The notes below the pieces were generated by a model, which saw nothing but the letters and a program-made list of their open reading frames with translations, did no database searches and was not told where the DNA came from. Made by a program: the position numbers and the translations under genes. This document shows, in pieces, positions 18,922-30,025 of a DNA stretch of 64,000 bases (positions within the stretch are counted from its first letter, which is position 1; each line of letters starts with the position of its first letter). The DNA is taken from assembly GCA_963710375.1 (NCBI GenBank), contig CAVPZX010000002.1:1008326-1072325 (forward strand). Direction: 5' to 3'. Source of the DNA: Nitrospirota bacterium (GTDB lineage Bacteria; Nitrospirota; Thermodesulfovibrionia; Thermodesulfovibrionales; Dissulfurispiraceae).

Positions 18922-19362
18922 TTATTGGCTGTCGCCTTCTTCATTCTGCCGCTGATGTGCTTTAGCTCTTCTGGCAGAGAGCACTCTGTCTAATGCCAAC
19001 TGTACCCTTTTGCTCAGGGTATCCACGCTAATCGGCTTCATTATAAAGTCGTTAACACCCATCTCGACGGCATTCATGATAATCTCCTTCTCGTTGGAGG
19101 CAGTTAACATCAGGAACTGGGTGTCTTTGAGATTCTCCTGCTCTTTTATCCAGGCAAACAGTTCGGTTCCTTTCATTCCCGGCATGTTCCAGTCGCATAT
19201 CACGATATCACAAGGGTTTATCGCCAGTTTGTCCTTGGCCACATCACCAGCGCTTGCCTCGTCTATGACGATTCCTGTTGGAAACGATGCTTTGATGCTG
19301 GCCTTTACAAAGGTCCTCATTGGGGATTGGTCATCGACTATCAGAATTTTAATGTTTTCCAT
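18922..19362 (-). CDS. CheY-like response regulator
   Basis: ILIVDD, DWNMPGMKG, MLTA, FIMKP. Confidence 0.9.
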   Translation of the reverse strand: MENIKILIVDDQSPMRTFVKASIKASFPTGIVIDEASAGDVAKDKLAINPCDIVICDWNMPGMKGTELFAWIKEQENLKDTQFLMLTASNEKEIIMNAVEMGVNDFIMKPISVDTLSKRVQLALDRVLSARRAKAHQRQNEEGDSQ

Positions 19363-19478
19363 TAACCCTCCCCTATCGCCTTGCGTGTTTGCCGGTTATC
19401 TAAAAGTATATTATATCAACTTCGCGTTTAGTTCAATAGGAAACAGTGCTAAGTTCTCATTAATCTAAAGTTTTTTGT

Positions 19479-20108
19479 TCATCTTGTCTCGTTCCGTTTC
19501 TGCCCGCCTTCTCCTATCAAAAACCGCTCAAGGGCTTCGTACGGCTGCGCTCCGACAAGTTTTGCGTTGTTTACCACGAAGGTCGGGACTGCGGTTATGC
19601 CGAGTGCATGGGACCGCTTCCAGTCAGCATCAACTGCCTGTTTAAAGCTACGGGCATCCAGCACTGCCTGCGCCTGATCTTCAAGAAGCCCAATTGATCC
19701 GGCCAGCCTGATTAGTTCATTCGGCTTGCCGATGTTTATCCCTTCTACAAAATACGCGCGAAACATCGCCTCGTGAAATTGCTCTCCGTTGCCCCGCGAT
19801 TCGGCCCATTTGGACAACTCCTGGGCAAGGCGGCTGTTACAGGTCTTTTTGCGCTCGCCCAAAGGCAGGCCCAGCTCCAGCGCAACCTTTCGCAGCCTCT
19901 GCATCATCTGCCCGATGTCCAGATTGCGGCCCGCAAAGAGTTCTTCAAGAGTGAGGCCGTCTTCAGGGATGCCGGGGTGAAGAGGAAACGCGACCCATTG
20001 TACAACTATGTCATACTGTTTTCTTAATTGGTCAATACGCACGGTACTGAAATAGCACCATGGTCAGATATAATCGGAAAATACTTCAAAGAGTAATGGA
20101 GCGACCAT
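19479..20108 (-). CDS. DsbA/FrnE-family oxidoreductase, selenoprotein (UPWC active site)
   Basis: GGAGG RBS, ATG 20108; MVAPLLFEVFSDYI-TGA-PWCY in frame with the rest (GITAVPTF, GAQPY); hairpin 3' of the UGA. Confidence 0.85.
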
Positions 20109-20328
20109 TCGAACCTCCAAAATTATGTCTTTAAGCACTCGTGCCGGACTGAAGGATATAAACGCTCCGACATTGATTTTAATTATAGTTGAAAACATCT
20201 GAAAAATGATGATTATTAAAAGAATGTGTCAAGAAGTTGTTCCGGGGGCTATTTTATGTTTATAATGACCTAGCCGAGACACTCTGATATTGTGCAGAAA
20301 TTCGCGCTAGACTTAGACCGGAGTTCAG

Positions 20329-20643
20329 ATGACAGTTCAGTATAAAGCAGACTTCGATAAGCTTGACTGGGAGTCACCAGTTGAAGGGGTGAGACACAAG
20401 TATATCGACCAGAATAATTTACGTCTCCGGCTGGTTGAATACTTAAAAGAGATGACACCGCATTGGTGTGAAAAGGGACACTACGGGTATCTCATTGAAG
20501 GCCAAATGGAAATTGAATATGAAAATTCCAAAATAATTTATAACCCAGGTGATGGTATTTTCATTCCGGACGGCCCTGATCATAAGCATCGAGGCAGAGT
20601 CCTCTCTGGGAAAGTGTTAGCTTTCTTTATTGAAAAAGTCTAA
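20329..20643 (+). CDS. Cupin-domain protein
   Basis: PHWCEKGHYGYLIEG...GDGIFIP.G..HKH. Confidence 0.8.
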   Translation: MTVQYKADFDKLDWESPVEGVRHKYIDQNNLRLRLVEYLKEMTPHWCEKGHYGYLIEGQMEIEYENSKIIYNPGDGIFIPDGPDHKHRGRVLSGKVLAFFIEKV

Positions 20644-20682
20644 CCGGATAATCTGAAGAGGAGGAAATGAATATTGTGAGGT

Positions 20683-21105
20683 GTGTGTAAAATGCAGAAA
20701 TCAAATGTATTAGATGTCTTGATAGATCTCAGGTTTGCCGACTTCGATGCCTTCAGGCATGTGAACAATGCGGTTTATTTTACATTTATGGAAACAGCCC
20801 GGTATAAGCTCATCCGGGAGGATTTGCTTGAATTGTCCGCACGGGGGATACTTATGGTGGTGGGAACTGCCTCCTGTGAATATCGCTTGCCGATCTCGAT
20901 GGACAACAACACCCAGGTTACGGTTTCGGTTTGGATTTCACGCCTCGGTAATTCGAGTTTCGATCTGGGATACCTGATACATGACGGCGCAGGAAAATCA
21001 TTTGCGACCGCTAAAACAACGATGATCTGTTTTGATACTGTCAATAAAGTTCCTGTTGCTGTACCGGAACGTATCAGAGAACTTTATTCCGCAGCTGGCG
21101 ATTAA
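20683..21105 (+). CDS. Acyl-CoA thioesterase (hotdog fold)
   Basis: RFADFDAFRHVNNAVYFTFMETAR. Confidence 0.9.
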   Translation: MCKMQKSNVLDVLIDLRFADFDAFRHVNNAVYFTFMETARYKLIREDLLELSARGILMVVGTASCEYRLPISMDNNTQVTVSVWISRLGNSSFDLGYLIHDGAGKSFATAKTTMICFDTVNKVPVAVPERIRELYSAAGD

Positions 21106-21260
21106 TCCTGTATTTTCAATCTCAAATGAAGATTTAACTCATGCTTCATCCCTATGTAACATTAGTTTGTTATTCTCAGTACAGCAAGTGAAAAGTTCTC
21201 TCAGCGCAGACATCCAATGAGTCGCTAAATCCAATTGCTTTTCGTGTCGGTGCAGCTAAT

Positions 21261-21680
21261 ATGCGGGTATTCAAGAAGGTCGTTGACATAATAATCAAAT
21301 TAATGATTCCGCTTGTCATTCTCGCTCTCATGATAGGGGTTGCCAGGATATTCCTTGATTTAAGAGAGGTTTTCAAGAGCCCAACCATCGCAGGCGGTTT
21401 TGACATCATGGTGGCTAATATCCTCTCGATGTTCATTATTGTTGAGCTTCTCAAAGGGATCATCGAATATTTTGAGATACACAGGGTGAAGATTACCTTT
21501 ATCACCGATGCAACATTAGTTTTTATACTCAGGGAAGTCATGATCGGCATATATCAACATCGTATGCGATGGACTGAGATCCTTTCAATCTCAGCTCTGT
21601 TGCTCGTCATCGGCGCTATAAGGACCATGGCTATAGTCTATTCGCCGGACAAGAATAAGGAGGTGGCTGTCCATGAATAA
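21261..21680 (+). CDS. PsiE-family membrane protein
   Basis: Four TM helices with ILSMFIIVELL and DATLVFILRE. Confidence 0.75.
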   Translation: MRVFKKVVDIIIKLMIPLVILALMIGVARIFLDLREVFKSPTIAGGFDIMVANILSMFIIVELLKGIIEYFEIHRVKITFITDATLVFILREVMIGIYQHRMRWTEILSISALLLVIGAIRTMAIVYSPDKNKEVAVHE

Positions 21681-21765
21681 GGATCAAATCGGGAGAATTG
21701 AAACTATTATAATAACCATTACGTTGATGGTCGGAATGTTATTAATGATGCTCCACTGGAGGTGA
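21673..21765 (+). CDS. Putative 30-aa single-TM small protein (not in ORF track)
   Basis: AAGGAGG RBS; ATG overlaps the psiE-like 3' end; MNKDQIGRIETIIITITLMVGMLLMMLHWR. Confidence 0.35.
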   Translation: MNKDQIGRIETIIITITLMVGMLLMMLHWR

Positions 21766-21843
21766 ACGCGCATATGTTTACAGTTGGGTATTCACCGGCT
21801 TCAAAGGGGTACAATAAGACTATCATACGACAGCGGGAGTTCC

Positions 21844-22206
21844 ATGCTTTACAAGATAATTGCAGATATAGTCGTCTCCGTACATTTATTATGGATACTT
21901 TTTTTGATGTTTGGAGCCATTTGGGGAAGGAGAAATCCGACGATAAGGATCATTCATATTTTAGGGTTGGCGTTTACTATCATTATTCAGGTGTTTGATT
22001 GGTATTGTCCTTTAACTGACATGGAGGTATGGCTTAGATCAAAACAAGACAAGGCTTTGTCCTATACCGGCTCATTTATTGTTCATTATATAGAGAAAAT
22101 CGTCTATCTTGAGATCTCCCGCGAGCTGATTTTCGCATTAAGCATTGTCCTGTGCGGGATAAATGCATGGCTCTATCTCGGCAAGAGGCAAAAAAGATCA
22201 GGTTAA
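21844..22206 (+). CDS. DUF2784-like membrane protein
   Basis: ADIVVSVHLLWILF...WYCPLTDME.WLR...SFI.HYIEKIVY. Confidence 0.75.
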   Translation: MLYKIIADIVVSVHLLWILFLMFGAIWGRRNPTIRIIHILGLAFTIIIQVFDWYCPLTDMEVWLRSKQDKALSYTGSFIVHYIEKIVYLEISRELIFALSIVLCGINAWLYLGKRQKRSG

Positions 22207-22974
22207 TCGCGGTCAAGAATAAAATTGAACTCGGTGGTCGTCCACTCTTTTGAACTGGAGTTTAATGATTTCTCGATAAATCTGACTTCATCTTTATTGC
22301 TGATAAATATTAGTGTTGAAGATACGGTTCCGTAAATTGGTGTTGCAACGAAGACTGACGATAATACGCGTTCTAATTCCAGTCCGACTCCTGTGTCCGG
22401 GAGTCTCTTCGTCAGGGGGTTTTGAAGTATCTAAAAGTATTTCGAATAAGTCGGAATCCGATATGTTTTTATGCATTATAGCTTTTGTGAATGATTGTTT
22501 GCTTTTTTCTACTTTAGGCCAGGGAGCATCGAGGAGATGATTGCTCAATCCGTATATTCCAGGCGATAGCATAGCTGATTCCCGGGTGTGATTTGAAAAA
22601 TAGTATAATTCGGATTGATCAGAGAATAGCAGATTAAAACCGTTATAAAGATGACCATTTTTTATTAATTTAGCTGCATAGTCCTTAGGGTCAGCTGTTC
22701 CAGCCAGGAAATCGATTACGAGTTTCCCTCTCGACGGGGCATCCTTTTTATATTCAGCACTAGACCGGTAGTTTGTTATAGCAGAAAACTTCCCGGTTTT
22801 GGTTATGCCCAGCCATGTTCCGCCGGCATGAAGATCTTTTCCTGCGAGGAGCGCGGGGTGGTCCTCCCAGAATGACGCCTTAGCTGTTGGACGGCTATAA
22901 AATTCATCCCGGTTGGCCGCGATTATCATTTTGTAATTTGGATGAGTTTTGTAAGAAATGTTAAGTATGCACAT
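22203..22974 (-). pseudogene. NRDE/TANGO2-family protein, one-base frameshift near 22404
   Basis: N-terminal MC...ANRDEF, GGTWLG, YNGFNL; the conserved LPDTGVGLELER...YGT continues in another frame to TAA at 22203. Confidence 0.85.
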
Positions 22975-23087
22975 TTTTAGGCCTCTGCCGACTTCATGTA
23001 TTTCTACCAGTAATCAGCGAATTTAATCAATAAAAAAATTGACAAGTGTCTCTCCTAGTGCTATTTTTCTCTCATAGAGGAGGAGGC

Positions 23088-24002
23088 ATGGAACTAAAGG
23101 GCGGTATGGGCGTCGAGGCGCCACTCGACTGCATCGTCATAGGGGCTGGTCCCGGGGGCTTACAAGCCTGCATCCACCTCGGCCGCTACAACTTCCGGGT
23201 ACTGCTCTTCCACCATCCAGGGGGGCGGACCCACCACGCGAAGCACATCGAGAACTACCTGGGCCACCGCGCTGTCTCGGGCCCGGACCTCCTGAAAACA
23301 GGCCTTGCCCAGGCTGAGAGCTTCGGCGTTGCTGTGGAGCGCGCCAAGGTGGAGCGCGTCGTGGCCAGGGATGGTCACTTCGAGGTGTATGCCGCGGGCA
23401 AGACCTACCACTCCCGCTTTGTCATCGCTGCCTCAGGGGCCAGGGAGAGCACCGCACCTTTCAAGAATCTAGCGCGCTTCTTCGGCACCTCCTACTTCAC
23501 CTGTATGATCTGCGACGGCTACCGCACTACCGGCAGGAAGCTGCTTGTCATTGACCGCACCTTGAAGGGCGCGCGCCTCAGCGTCCGCATGAAGCATATG
23601 TTCACCAGCGATGTTACCTTTCTCGCCCAGGGCTTTTCATTAATGCCGGAGTATGTGGCACTGCTAGCTGAGGAGGGGATCGGCCTGGTTGAGGGACGGC
23701 CGGAGGAGCTTCTCGGCGAGGAGACACTAGAGGGGGTGCGGCTCGCTGACGGGCGTGTTATCCCCTGCGAGGTCATAATGGGGTGGGGGGGGATATCACT
23801 GAATGACGAGTATCTCGAGGGTCTCCCTCTGGAGCGCGATGCAGAAGGGTTCAAGATCGTGACGAGGGGATCGGGCGAGTCGAGCATCCCAGGCCTCTTC
23901 GTTCTCGGCGCTCTTCGCCAGGGCCACTCCCAGGCTATCATCTCCGCAGGCCAGGGGGCCGAGGCTGCGATAGAGATCAGTGGGAGGATCGTCGAGCCCT
24001 AA
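23088..24002 (+). CDS. Thioredoxin-reductase-like FAD/NAD(P) oxidoreductase
   Basis: VIGAGPGG, IENYLG, CMICDGY, SIPGLF. Confidence 0.85.
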   Translation: MELKGGMGVEAPLDCIVIGAGPGGLQACIHLGRYNFRVLLFHHPGGRTHHAKHIENYLGHRAVSGPDLLKTGLAQAESFGVAVERAKVERVVARDGHFEVYAAGKTYHSRFVIAASGARESTAPFKNLARFFGTSYFTCMICDGYRTTGRKLLVIDRTLKGARLSVRMKHMFTSDVTFLAQGFSLMPEYVALLAEEGIGLVEGRPEELLGEETLEGVRLADGRVIPCEVIMGWGGISLNDEYLEGLPLERDAEGFKIVTRGSGESSIPGLFVLGALRQGHSQAIISAGQGAEAAIEISGRIVEP

Positions 24003-24022
24003 CTGTTAAAAAGGAGGGAACA

Positions 24023-24814
24023 ATGGATCTGAAACTGACAGGTAAACTTGCTCTGGTTTCCGGCAGCACCGCAGGGATTGGCTACGCGATTGCAGAATCG
24101 CTGGCCCGTGAAGGTGCTCATGTTATAGTCAACGGTCGTTCAAAGGATTCTGTTGAGGCTGCATTGGCTCGCATGCGAGAGGAATTTAACTGTACACTCT
24201 TTGGTTTCAGCGGCGATCTGGGCTCTGCAGAAGCGGCTGAAGAGGTCGCGCGAGAACATCCAAACGTCGAAATACTTATTAATAATTTGGGCATTTATGA
24301 GCCACGGGCCTTCGAGGATATCTCGGATGATGACTGGCGACGTCTCTTTGAGGTTAATGTTTTGAGCGGAGTGCGCTTGACTCGACTCTTCTTGCCTGGA
24401 ATGAAGCGCCGCAACTGGGGACGCATCATTTTTGTTTCGAGTGAAAGTGGTGTTCAGATCCCTGCTGAAATGATCCATTACGGAGTGACTAAAACAGCAC
24501 TCCTCGGAGTTGCCCGCGGATTGGCCGAGGCAGTGGCAGGCACGGGTATCACTGTTAACAGCGTTCTCCCCGGCCCCACCAAGTCCCGCGGGGTGAGTGA
24601 TTTTATCGAGGCCCTTGCTAAGACAGAAGGAAAGTCTATCGACGAGATCGAGCAGGAATTCTTCAAACAAGTTCGGCCTACTTCGCTCATTAAGCGATTT
24701 GCTACATCTCAGGAAGTCGCCTCCATGGTGACCTATATATGCAGCCCGCTATCATCAGCGACTACAGGCGCACCATTACGGGTCGATGGAGGAGTAATAA
24801 AAAGTGCTTTTTAG
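24023..24814 (+). CDS. SDR-family oxidoreductase
   Basis: SGSTAGIG, INNLG, YGVTK, LRVDGG. Confidence 0.92.
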   Translation: MDLKLTGKLALVSGSTAGIGYAIAESLAREGAHVIVNGRSKDSVEAALARMREEFNCTLFGFSGDLGSAEAAEEVAREHPNVEILINNLGIYEPRAFEDISDDDWRRLFEVNVLSGVRLTRLFLPGMKRRNWGRIIFVSSESGVQIPAEMIHYGVTKTALLGVARGLAEAVAGTGITVNSVLPGPTKSRGVSDFIEALAKTEGKSIDEIEQEFFKQVRPTSLIKRFATSQEVASMVTYICSPLSSATTGAPLRVDGGVIKSAF

Positions 24815-24817
24815 ACC

Positions 24818-24843
24818 CACCCCCCCTTAGTTTAGGGGGGGTG
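24818..24843. terminator. GC-rich hairpin between convergent genes
   Basis: CACCCCCCC...GGGGGGGTG stem right after the SDR stop. Confidence 0.45.
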
Positions 24844-24870
24844 TTCAAACGGGTGCGGGTTGCTCTGCTT

Positions 24871-26709
24871 CTAGCCTCCGAAAAGGGTCTTTAGACTCAT
24901 CAGGAGTGAGATATTTCCATCAACCCTGAATTTGCCGGACATAAAGGCCATCTGTCCATCCAGTTGTCCCTTGGATATTGCCAGCCAGATGTCTGCTGGG
25001 GATTTTACAACCACACTAGGATTCTCATGGGGGCCTTCATGGAAGACGCACTTACCGTTAGAGATGACGAGATGGGCTACAAATTCTTCAGGCCCGGTTA
25101 TCTCGAATTGGTAGACTGCGCTAAGGTCTCCGGCAGCACCGGCTTTGAATCCCATTGGCATCATTTTTAAAAGTTCGAGGCAGCTTCCCGCTGCCTGTGG
25201 ACCAGCTGGTTTTTTATCCGTTTCACTCATAGTGTTGTCTCCTCCTTTTTTGTTTTCTTCCTTAATAAGGTCCTTGAGCCACTGCTTTCTGGTCTCCTTG
25301 TCGTACAAAAACGGGGAAAACTCTTGCTTTGCATATGCCTCGAAACTATCGAGGAGACCGCTCTCCTGCCAGTGCTTATAGTCGTCAACCATGAAGCCTT
25401 TCTCCCGTGTAACCAGGTCCCTCATAAAGAGATAGAAGCGGAGATCGTCCCCTGTTACCGGAACTCGCCTTTTCTCTTTAACAGCCTTCGCGAAAACCCC
25501 GGCGAGGTCTGCGGCACTGGCTTCAACGGTTTCTTTCCCCAGAAATCCTCCTGGCCCGGTAGCAATGGCGGTAAAGTTGCCGACAGAAAACGCGCCGAAA
25601 GGCCTGAGTACTTGTTCGAGATAGCGCGCAGTATCAGTGTCGTGAAGGCCTCCCGAGACGGTTACGGCAAGACCCGGTTTCCATGTTGACCTCGGCTTGT
25701 GGCCGAAACTCAATGAGCGGTCTATGAAGGTCTTCATCTGAGCGGTCACGGACATGAAATAAACCGGAGAGGCCAGGATAATACCGTCGGCGGCCAGGAG
25801 TTTGTCAGTGATGCCGGCATGGTCGTCATGACGCCAGCATTTTTTATTTTCGAGACAGAAACCGCAGCCCACGCAGTATTCTATCCTGTGGTTGGAAAGG
25901 AATATCTCCTCCATTTCCACCCCTTCCCTTGACAAGCCGTCTGCGATCATGCGAAGCATTATGCTTGTGTTGCCTATGGCATTATGCGGCGAACCGTTTA
26001 CTGCGACTACTTTGTACTTTGCTTCCATTTTTTCCTCCTTTTTGTCTTGAACAGCTGAATTTTTGCGGTTATCTGAGATCTGCCCAACCCTTTCTTCAGG
26101 CGTGACAGGTATAATCCCCAACTTTTTCTGATAATAAGCTGGATACTTGGCGTTTAAAGGTAAACCAACCCCCAGCATAATGAGCATCGGCAGGACCACC
26201 TGAAAAAGCATGGCGGTGAACATGCCGGGAGGCAGCGATGCAAGGTCCGGGATGACGGTAATGAATGCCGATACAGCAAATAGCAGTGACCATGCAAGGC
26301 TCATGTTCCGGTTGATGGTCCTGTAAATGTCTGTGTCCCTGAACGCCTCTGGAGTGATCTTGTTTGCGAAGTATTCTGTGAAGTAGCGCTTCTGGAACAG
26401 TGCCGGGAATGCTGTTACGCAGAAAAGCACCGTGTACAGCAAGCATGTCGGCAAATCAGAGGCAGCTGGTGAAAGGCTTCGTGCTGACAACAGGAAGATA
26501 CCGGTCTGAAGCCCGGTATAAATGAGAAGTCCCTTGTCTATAGCGGATAATCCCGACACCCTTTTTTTCAGTGCCATGACCGCTGACATGAGCAGGAGCG
26601 CTGCCAGACTTGCCGGTCTTATTACTTGCGGAATCCCGGCCCAAATATTTAGCGAGGTGAGCAGCATACTTATGATTACGAAGGGCAATGCTGTCAGCAA
26701 GCGTTTCAT
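24871..26709 (-). CDS. Fusion: membrane domain + iron-sulfur flavoprotein (flavodoxin) + SCP2 sterol-carrier domain
   Basis: About six TM helices; NGSPH..GNT, CVGCGFC...C, ASPVY, KTFIDR; C-terminal GQMAFMSGKFRVDGN. Confidence 0.8.
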   Translation of the reverse strand: MKRLLTALPFVIISMLLTSLNIWAGIPQVIRPASLAALLLMSAVMALKKRVSGLSAIDKGLLIYTGLQTGIFLLSARSLSPAASDLPTCLLYTVLFCVTAFPALFQKRYFTEYFANKITPEAFRDTDIYRTINRNMSLAWSLLFAVSAFITVIPDLASLPPGMFTAMLFQVVLPMLIMLGVGLPLNAKYPAYYQKKLGIIPVTPEERVGQISDNRKNSAVQDKKEEKMEAKYKVVAVNGSPHNAIGNTSIMLRMIADGLSREGVEMEEIFLSNHRIEYCVGCGFCLENKKCWRHDDHAGITDKLLAADGIILASPVYFMSVTAQMKTFIDRSLSFGHKPRSTWKPGLAVTVSGGLHDTDTARYLEQVLRPFGAFSVGNFTAIATGPGGFLGKETVEASAADLAGVFAKAVKEKRRVPVTGDDLRFYLFMRDLVTREKGFMVDDYKHWQESGLLDSFEAYAKQEFSPFLYDKETRKQWLKDLIKEENKKGGDNTMSETDKKPAGPQAAGSCLELLKMMPMGFKAGAAGDLSAVYQFEITGPEEFVAHLVISNGKCVFHEGPHENPSVVVKSPADIWLAISKGQLDGQMAFMSGKFRVDGNISLLMSLKTLFGG

Positions 26710-27446
26710 GATATGAGCGCCTCCTTGTCTTTTAAGTGGCTCGCCGAGGCCACCCGTTTGCGAAAGGTGCGCTCGAACACGTAGTTCCTTATTGTCCTTG
26801 CAGCCTGCACAAGGCCTTTTGTAGTTTCAGCGTCCTCATCCTCAGGCATGTCAGCAGTGATCCGCATGCGCAGGCGCATCTCGCCATCAACGAGCAGTTT
26901 GGCGAGCTGTGAGTAAAAAATGATGTCGGCAAGTTCCAGCCCTTTCCCGAATCCCGCTGCATAAAACCTTCCCACTTCGACGTCGGATTGATTGAACAAA
27001 CCTTTTTCGATGGGCAGGAGGAGACCGTTGTCCAGGAGTTCCCTGACCTGTTTACGGTTGAGGCCTGTGGAAGAACAGAAGGTCTTTTCATCCATCGAGG
27101 GCGCGTCGTCACCGGCAAAGATGACCCTGCTCAGGTCAACCAGGTGGGCGATCTCCTTTCCCTGGTCCTTTGAATCAAGGAGCATCTTGATCTTACTCAG
27201 GGGGAAAGAATATTTGGCCTGCATGTCCTTGACGAATTTTATTCTCTCTATGCACGAGGGGTCATAATAGGCCATATTCGGGCCGGTCTTTTCCGGCTCG
27301 GGAAGCAGACCTTGGGCCAGGTAGTGCAGTATTGCGGACTTGGGCAGGCCTGTGGCTGCCATAAGGTCTTTCATCCTGAGCAACCTCTTCTGCGTCACTT
27401 CCTTTTTTGTAATGGTGTTCTCCTCAATGTTTTTGACTACAGACAT
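26706..27446 (-). CDS. MerR-family transcriptional regulator
   Basis: RMKDLMAATGLPKSAILHYLAQGLLP...Y; overlaps the downstream gene start. Confidence 0.85.
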   Translation of the reverse strand: MSVVKNIEENTITKKEVTQKRLLRMKDLMAATGLPKSAILHYLAQGLLPEPEKTGPNMAYYDPSCIERIKFVKDMQAKYSFPLSKIKMLLDSKDQGKEIAHLVDLSRVIFAGDDAPSMDEKTFCSSTGLNRKQVRELLDNGLLLPIEKGLFNQSDVEVGRFYAAGFGKGLELADIIFYSQLAKLLVDGEMRLRMRITADMPEDEDAETTKGLVQAARTIRNYVFERTFRKRVASASHLKDKEALIS

Positions 27447-27598
27447 TCGTGCCTCCTTTCTTTTGTGCTTTGTTGATATTGCCTCCCTGGATTGAAGGAT
27501 AACATATCAAGCGAAAAGTGTCAAGTAATACTTTACTATTTTGCGTTCTTGCAAAAAAGCCTGGCTTCTTTCGCATAGCTGCAAAATAAATTAGCGCC

Positions 27599-27645
27599 TA
27601 ACTCATTGAAAAAAAGATGTATTTATAACTGGTATGGTAAGTGCT
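27599..27645 (+). promoter_or_regulatory. Putative sigma54 promoter with upstream IHF-like site
   Basis: TGGTAT-N5-GTGCT (GG-N10-GC) at 27630-27645; TAACTCATTGAAA at 27599-27611. Confidence 0.5.
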
Positions 27646-27675
27646 TAAATAAGTACAGTAAAGGAGGACAGGACA

Positions 27676-28011
27676 ATGAAGGCAAGAAAAGAGATGATAA
27701 GGATGGGGACGAAAATCGGTGCGGTGCTTGGGGGAGTAGTATTTTTGGCCGTTGGTCTGATACCGGGCTTTTACTTTGGCAGCTATGGCGCGCTGATAGC
27801 ATTGAAACATCTTATGGGCGGGCCTGTAGAGCCTACGGTGCTTGTGCGGATGATCATAGCAGTCGGCATAATGCTGGGGATAGCATGCATGGCAACTGTG
27901 AGCATAGTTATCGGGTCTGTCCTGGGCACGGCGCTCGGTTATTTGGTGGAGGCCCTCTCAGCGCCTGCTGAAGTAAAAGAAGGAATAAAAGAAGAGGCCA
28001 AGGCGCACTAA
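27676..28011 (+). CDS. Gly-rich small membrane protein
   Basis: AGGAGG RBS; hydrophobic Gly-rich helices. Confidence 0.75.
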   Translation: MKARKEMIRMGTKIGAVLGGVVFLAVGLIPGFYFGSYGALIALKHLMGGPVEPTVLVRMIIAVGIMLGIACMATVSIVIGSVLGTALGYLVEALSAPAEVKEGIKEEAKAH

Positions 28012-29954
28012 TTTATCAGCTTCTCTTGACACTCCACCCTGATGCTGTCGAGCAGGGTTCCCATGCTGTCCAGTAGTTGGTTCATCTGACTGTATATTTT
28101 TTCGGCGCCTTCCCTGTTGCCCGAGTTGCAGGCATTAACTACATCTTTAGCCAGCGAATGTATTTTCTCATGAGGCGTTTCTATTGTCTTAAAGCTCGGA
28201 AGGCTGCCGCACAAACCTTTCCCTTCGCCGTAATACCATTTGCCGAAACTGCACGAGTAATGGTCTTTCATATCAGAAAGGTTAAGAGTCGAAGTACCTT
28301 TTATTAAGCCGGACAGTTTCGTCATAAATATCTTGTGGCCGCTTTTTGCCAAATCGAGTATCATCAGTTCGCTGCCCTTTGTCTTAAACCCCGAGGTGGA
28401 GTTCCGCAACTCCTCGGCTATCTTTACCAGCCCGTTGATTTCAGTCATCACCTCGGCAGACATATTCTCCATGTTTTTCGAGATATTCGAGGTCTTCTCT
28501 ATATTGTTCGCGACTTCCTCTGATGCTGCCGACTGTTCATCCACTGCAGTCGCTATCTGGGTTATCTGGTCGCGCACTGTCTGGACAGATTCGACAATTT
28601 GGTTCAGCGAATCTCCCACCTGCCTTATATATTCCGTGGCGCTGGTCACTTCACTGGATGCCTCCTTCATCGAGGTTGAGGTCTGCTCTGATTCGGCCTG
28701 CACAGCATTGATCTTCTCTGTGATCTCTGCTGTAGCTTTTATGGTCCTCTCTGCAAGTTTCCTCACCTCATCAGCCACTACTGCAAAGCCCCTACCCTGC
28801 TCTCCGGCCCTCGCTGCCTCGATTGCCGCATTCAGGGCGAGCAGGTTTGTCTGATCTGCAATGTCCTTAATCACAGTAACAATGCCCCCAATCTCGGACG
28901 CCCTATTATTGAGCTTCTCGACCATGCTCGCAAGCTCCACTGTAGAGGTGTACACCTTGTTCACGGTAGTAACTGCGCCGTCCGCCACTGTCTTGCCGCT
29001 CGCCGCGGTCTGCATCGCATCTTCGGATGATTTGGACGCTTCGGCTGCATTTCTGGCTATGTCGGTAATGGTCTGACTCATCTCTTCTGTTGCTGTTGCT
29101 ATCTGATGGGCCTGTCCGGACTGTTTCCTCGCTCCTTCCGTAGTGTCCTCGGCCTTTGTCCCGATGATATTGACTGATGAGACCACGTTGCTGGTGGTCC
29201 TCACTATGTTGTCAATCATATGATTGAAAGAATCGATCATTTTATTCATGCTCTGTGCAAGTACGCCTATTTCGTCTTTATTGTCATATGTAATCTTTGT
29301 TGTTAAATCCCCGTCAGATAACTGTCTGACTTTTTCCGTCAAATGTAATAAGGGCTTCAGCATATAGTTGACTATCAGGAGGACCATGACTGTTACAGTC
29401 AGTATACCGATTAATCCTAATCCTATATAAAGGTTCCTCATTGACTTGATATGTGCAAAGGCGTTTGTTAATGGCAATGTTATGCTTATAGCTCCCAGGA
29501 CTGTGCCCTCTTTCACATTATGGCAGGACAGACAGTTCTTCCCCATGGAATTCGCTCGAGCTACATAAGGATATACGCCATGAAGAGATTCTCCTTCGAG
29601 CATAACTTTCTCCTCACCTTTTCCTAAGACTTCTTTCTCAACTTCATTCTTGGGATAATCGTCAGGACTGCCTTTGCCAAAGTCTTTATCAACGGCGTCA
29701 CCCCTTATTACTCTTATATCTGCAATACTCCTCATCTGATCAAGAAACGGAGTTTTAAATTCCTTGATGTTTCCATTTACCATTGCGGTTGTCATAGCGT
29801 TCAAAACAGTATCTCTATCACCGTGCAATGTGCCGGTCGTGGCCTCATCGATGACCATCTCTTTGGATTTGATTATTGTCACAAAAGTGGTGATTATTAA
29901 CCCTATAATTATCATCCCAATGATCGGTACCGCTACCTTGTTCTTTATCGACAT
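28008..29954 (-). CDS. Methyl-accepting chemotaxis protein with c-heme sensor domain and C-terminal CZB domain
   Basis: CLSCH between two TMs, [39 protein letters not shown]...[10 protein letters not shown]...H..IH. Confidence 0.93.
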   Translation of the reverse strand: MSIKNKVAVPIIGMIIIGLIITTFVTIIKSKEMVIDEATTGTLHGDRDTVLNAMTTAMVNGNIKEFKTPFLDQMRSIADIRVIRGDAVDKDFGKGSPDDYPKNEVEKEVLGKGEEKVMLEGESLHGVYPYVARANSMGKNCLSCHNVKEGTVLGAISITLPLTNAFAHIKSMRNLYIGLGLIGILTVTVMVLLIVNYMLKPLLHLTEKVRQLSDGDLTTKITYDNKDEIGVLAQSMNKMIDSFNHMIDNIVRTTSNVVSSVNIIGTKAEDTTEGARKQSGQAHQIATATEEMSQTITDIARNAAEASKSSEDAMQTAASGKTVADGAVTTVNKVYTSTVELASMVEKLNNRASEIGGIVTVIKDIADQTNLLALNAAIEAARAGEQGRGFAVVADEVRKLAERTIKATAEITEKINAVQAESEQTSTSMKEASSEVTSATEYIRQVGDSLNQIVESVQTVRDQITQIATAVDEQSAASEEVANNIEKTSNISKNMENMSAEVMTEINGLVKIAEELRNSTSGFKTKGSELMILDLAKSGHKIFMTKLSGLIKGTSTLNLSDMKDHYSCSFGKWYYGEGKGLCGSLPSFKTIETPHEKIHSLAKDVVNACNSGNREGAEKIYSQMNQLLDSMGTLLDSIRVECQEKLIN

Positions 29955-30025
29955 GTCTTTTACCCCCCTATCCCTATGTAAAGCAAGATTGGAATTGTCC
30001 TGTTATTTATTTGTTCTAATGATAT

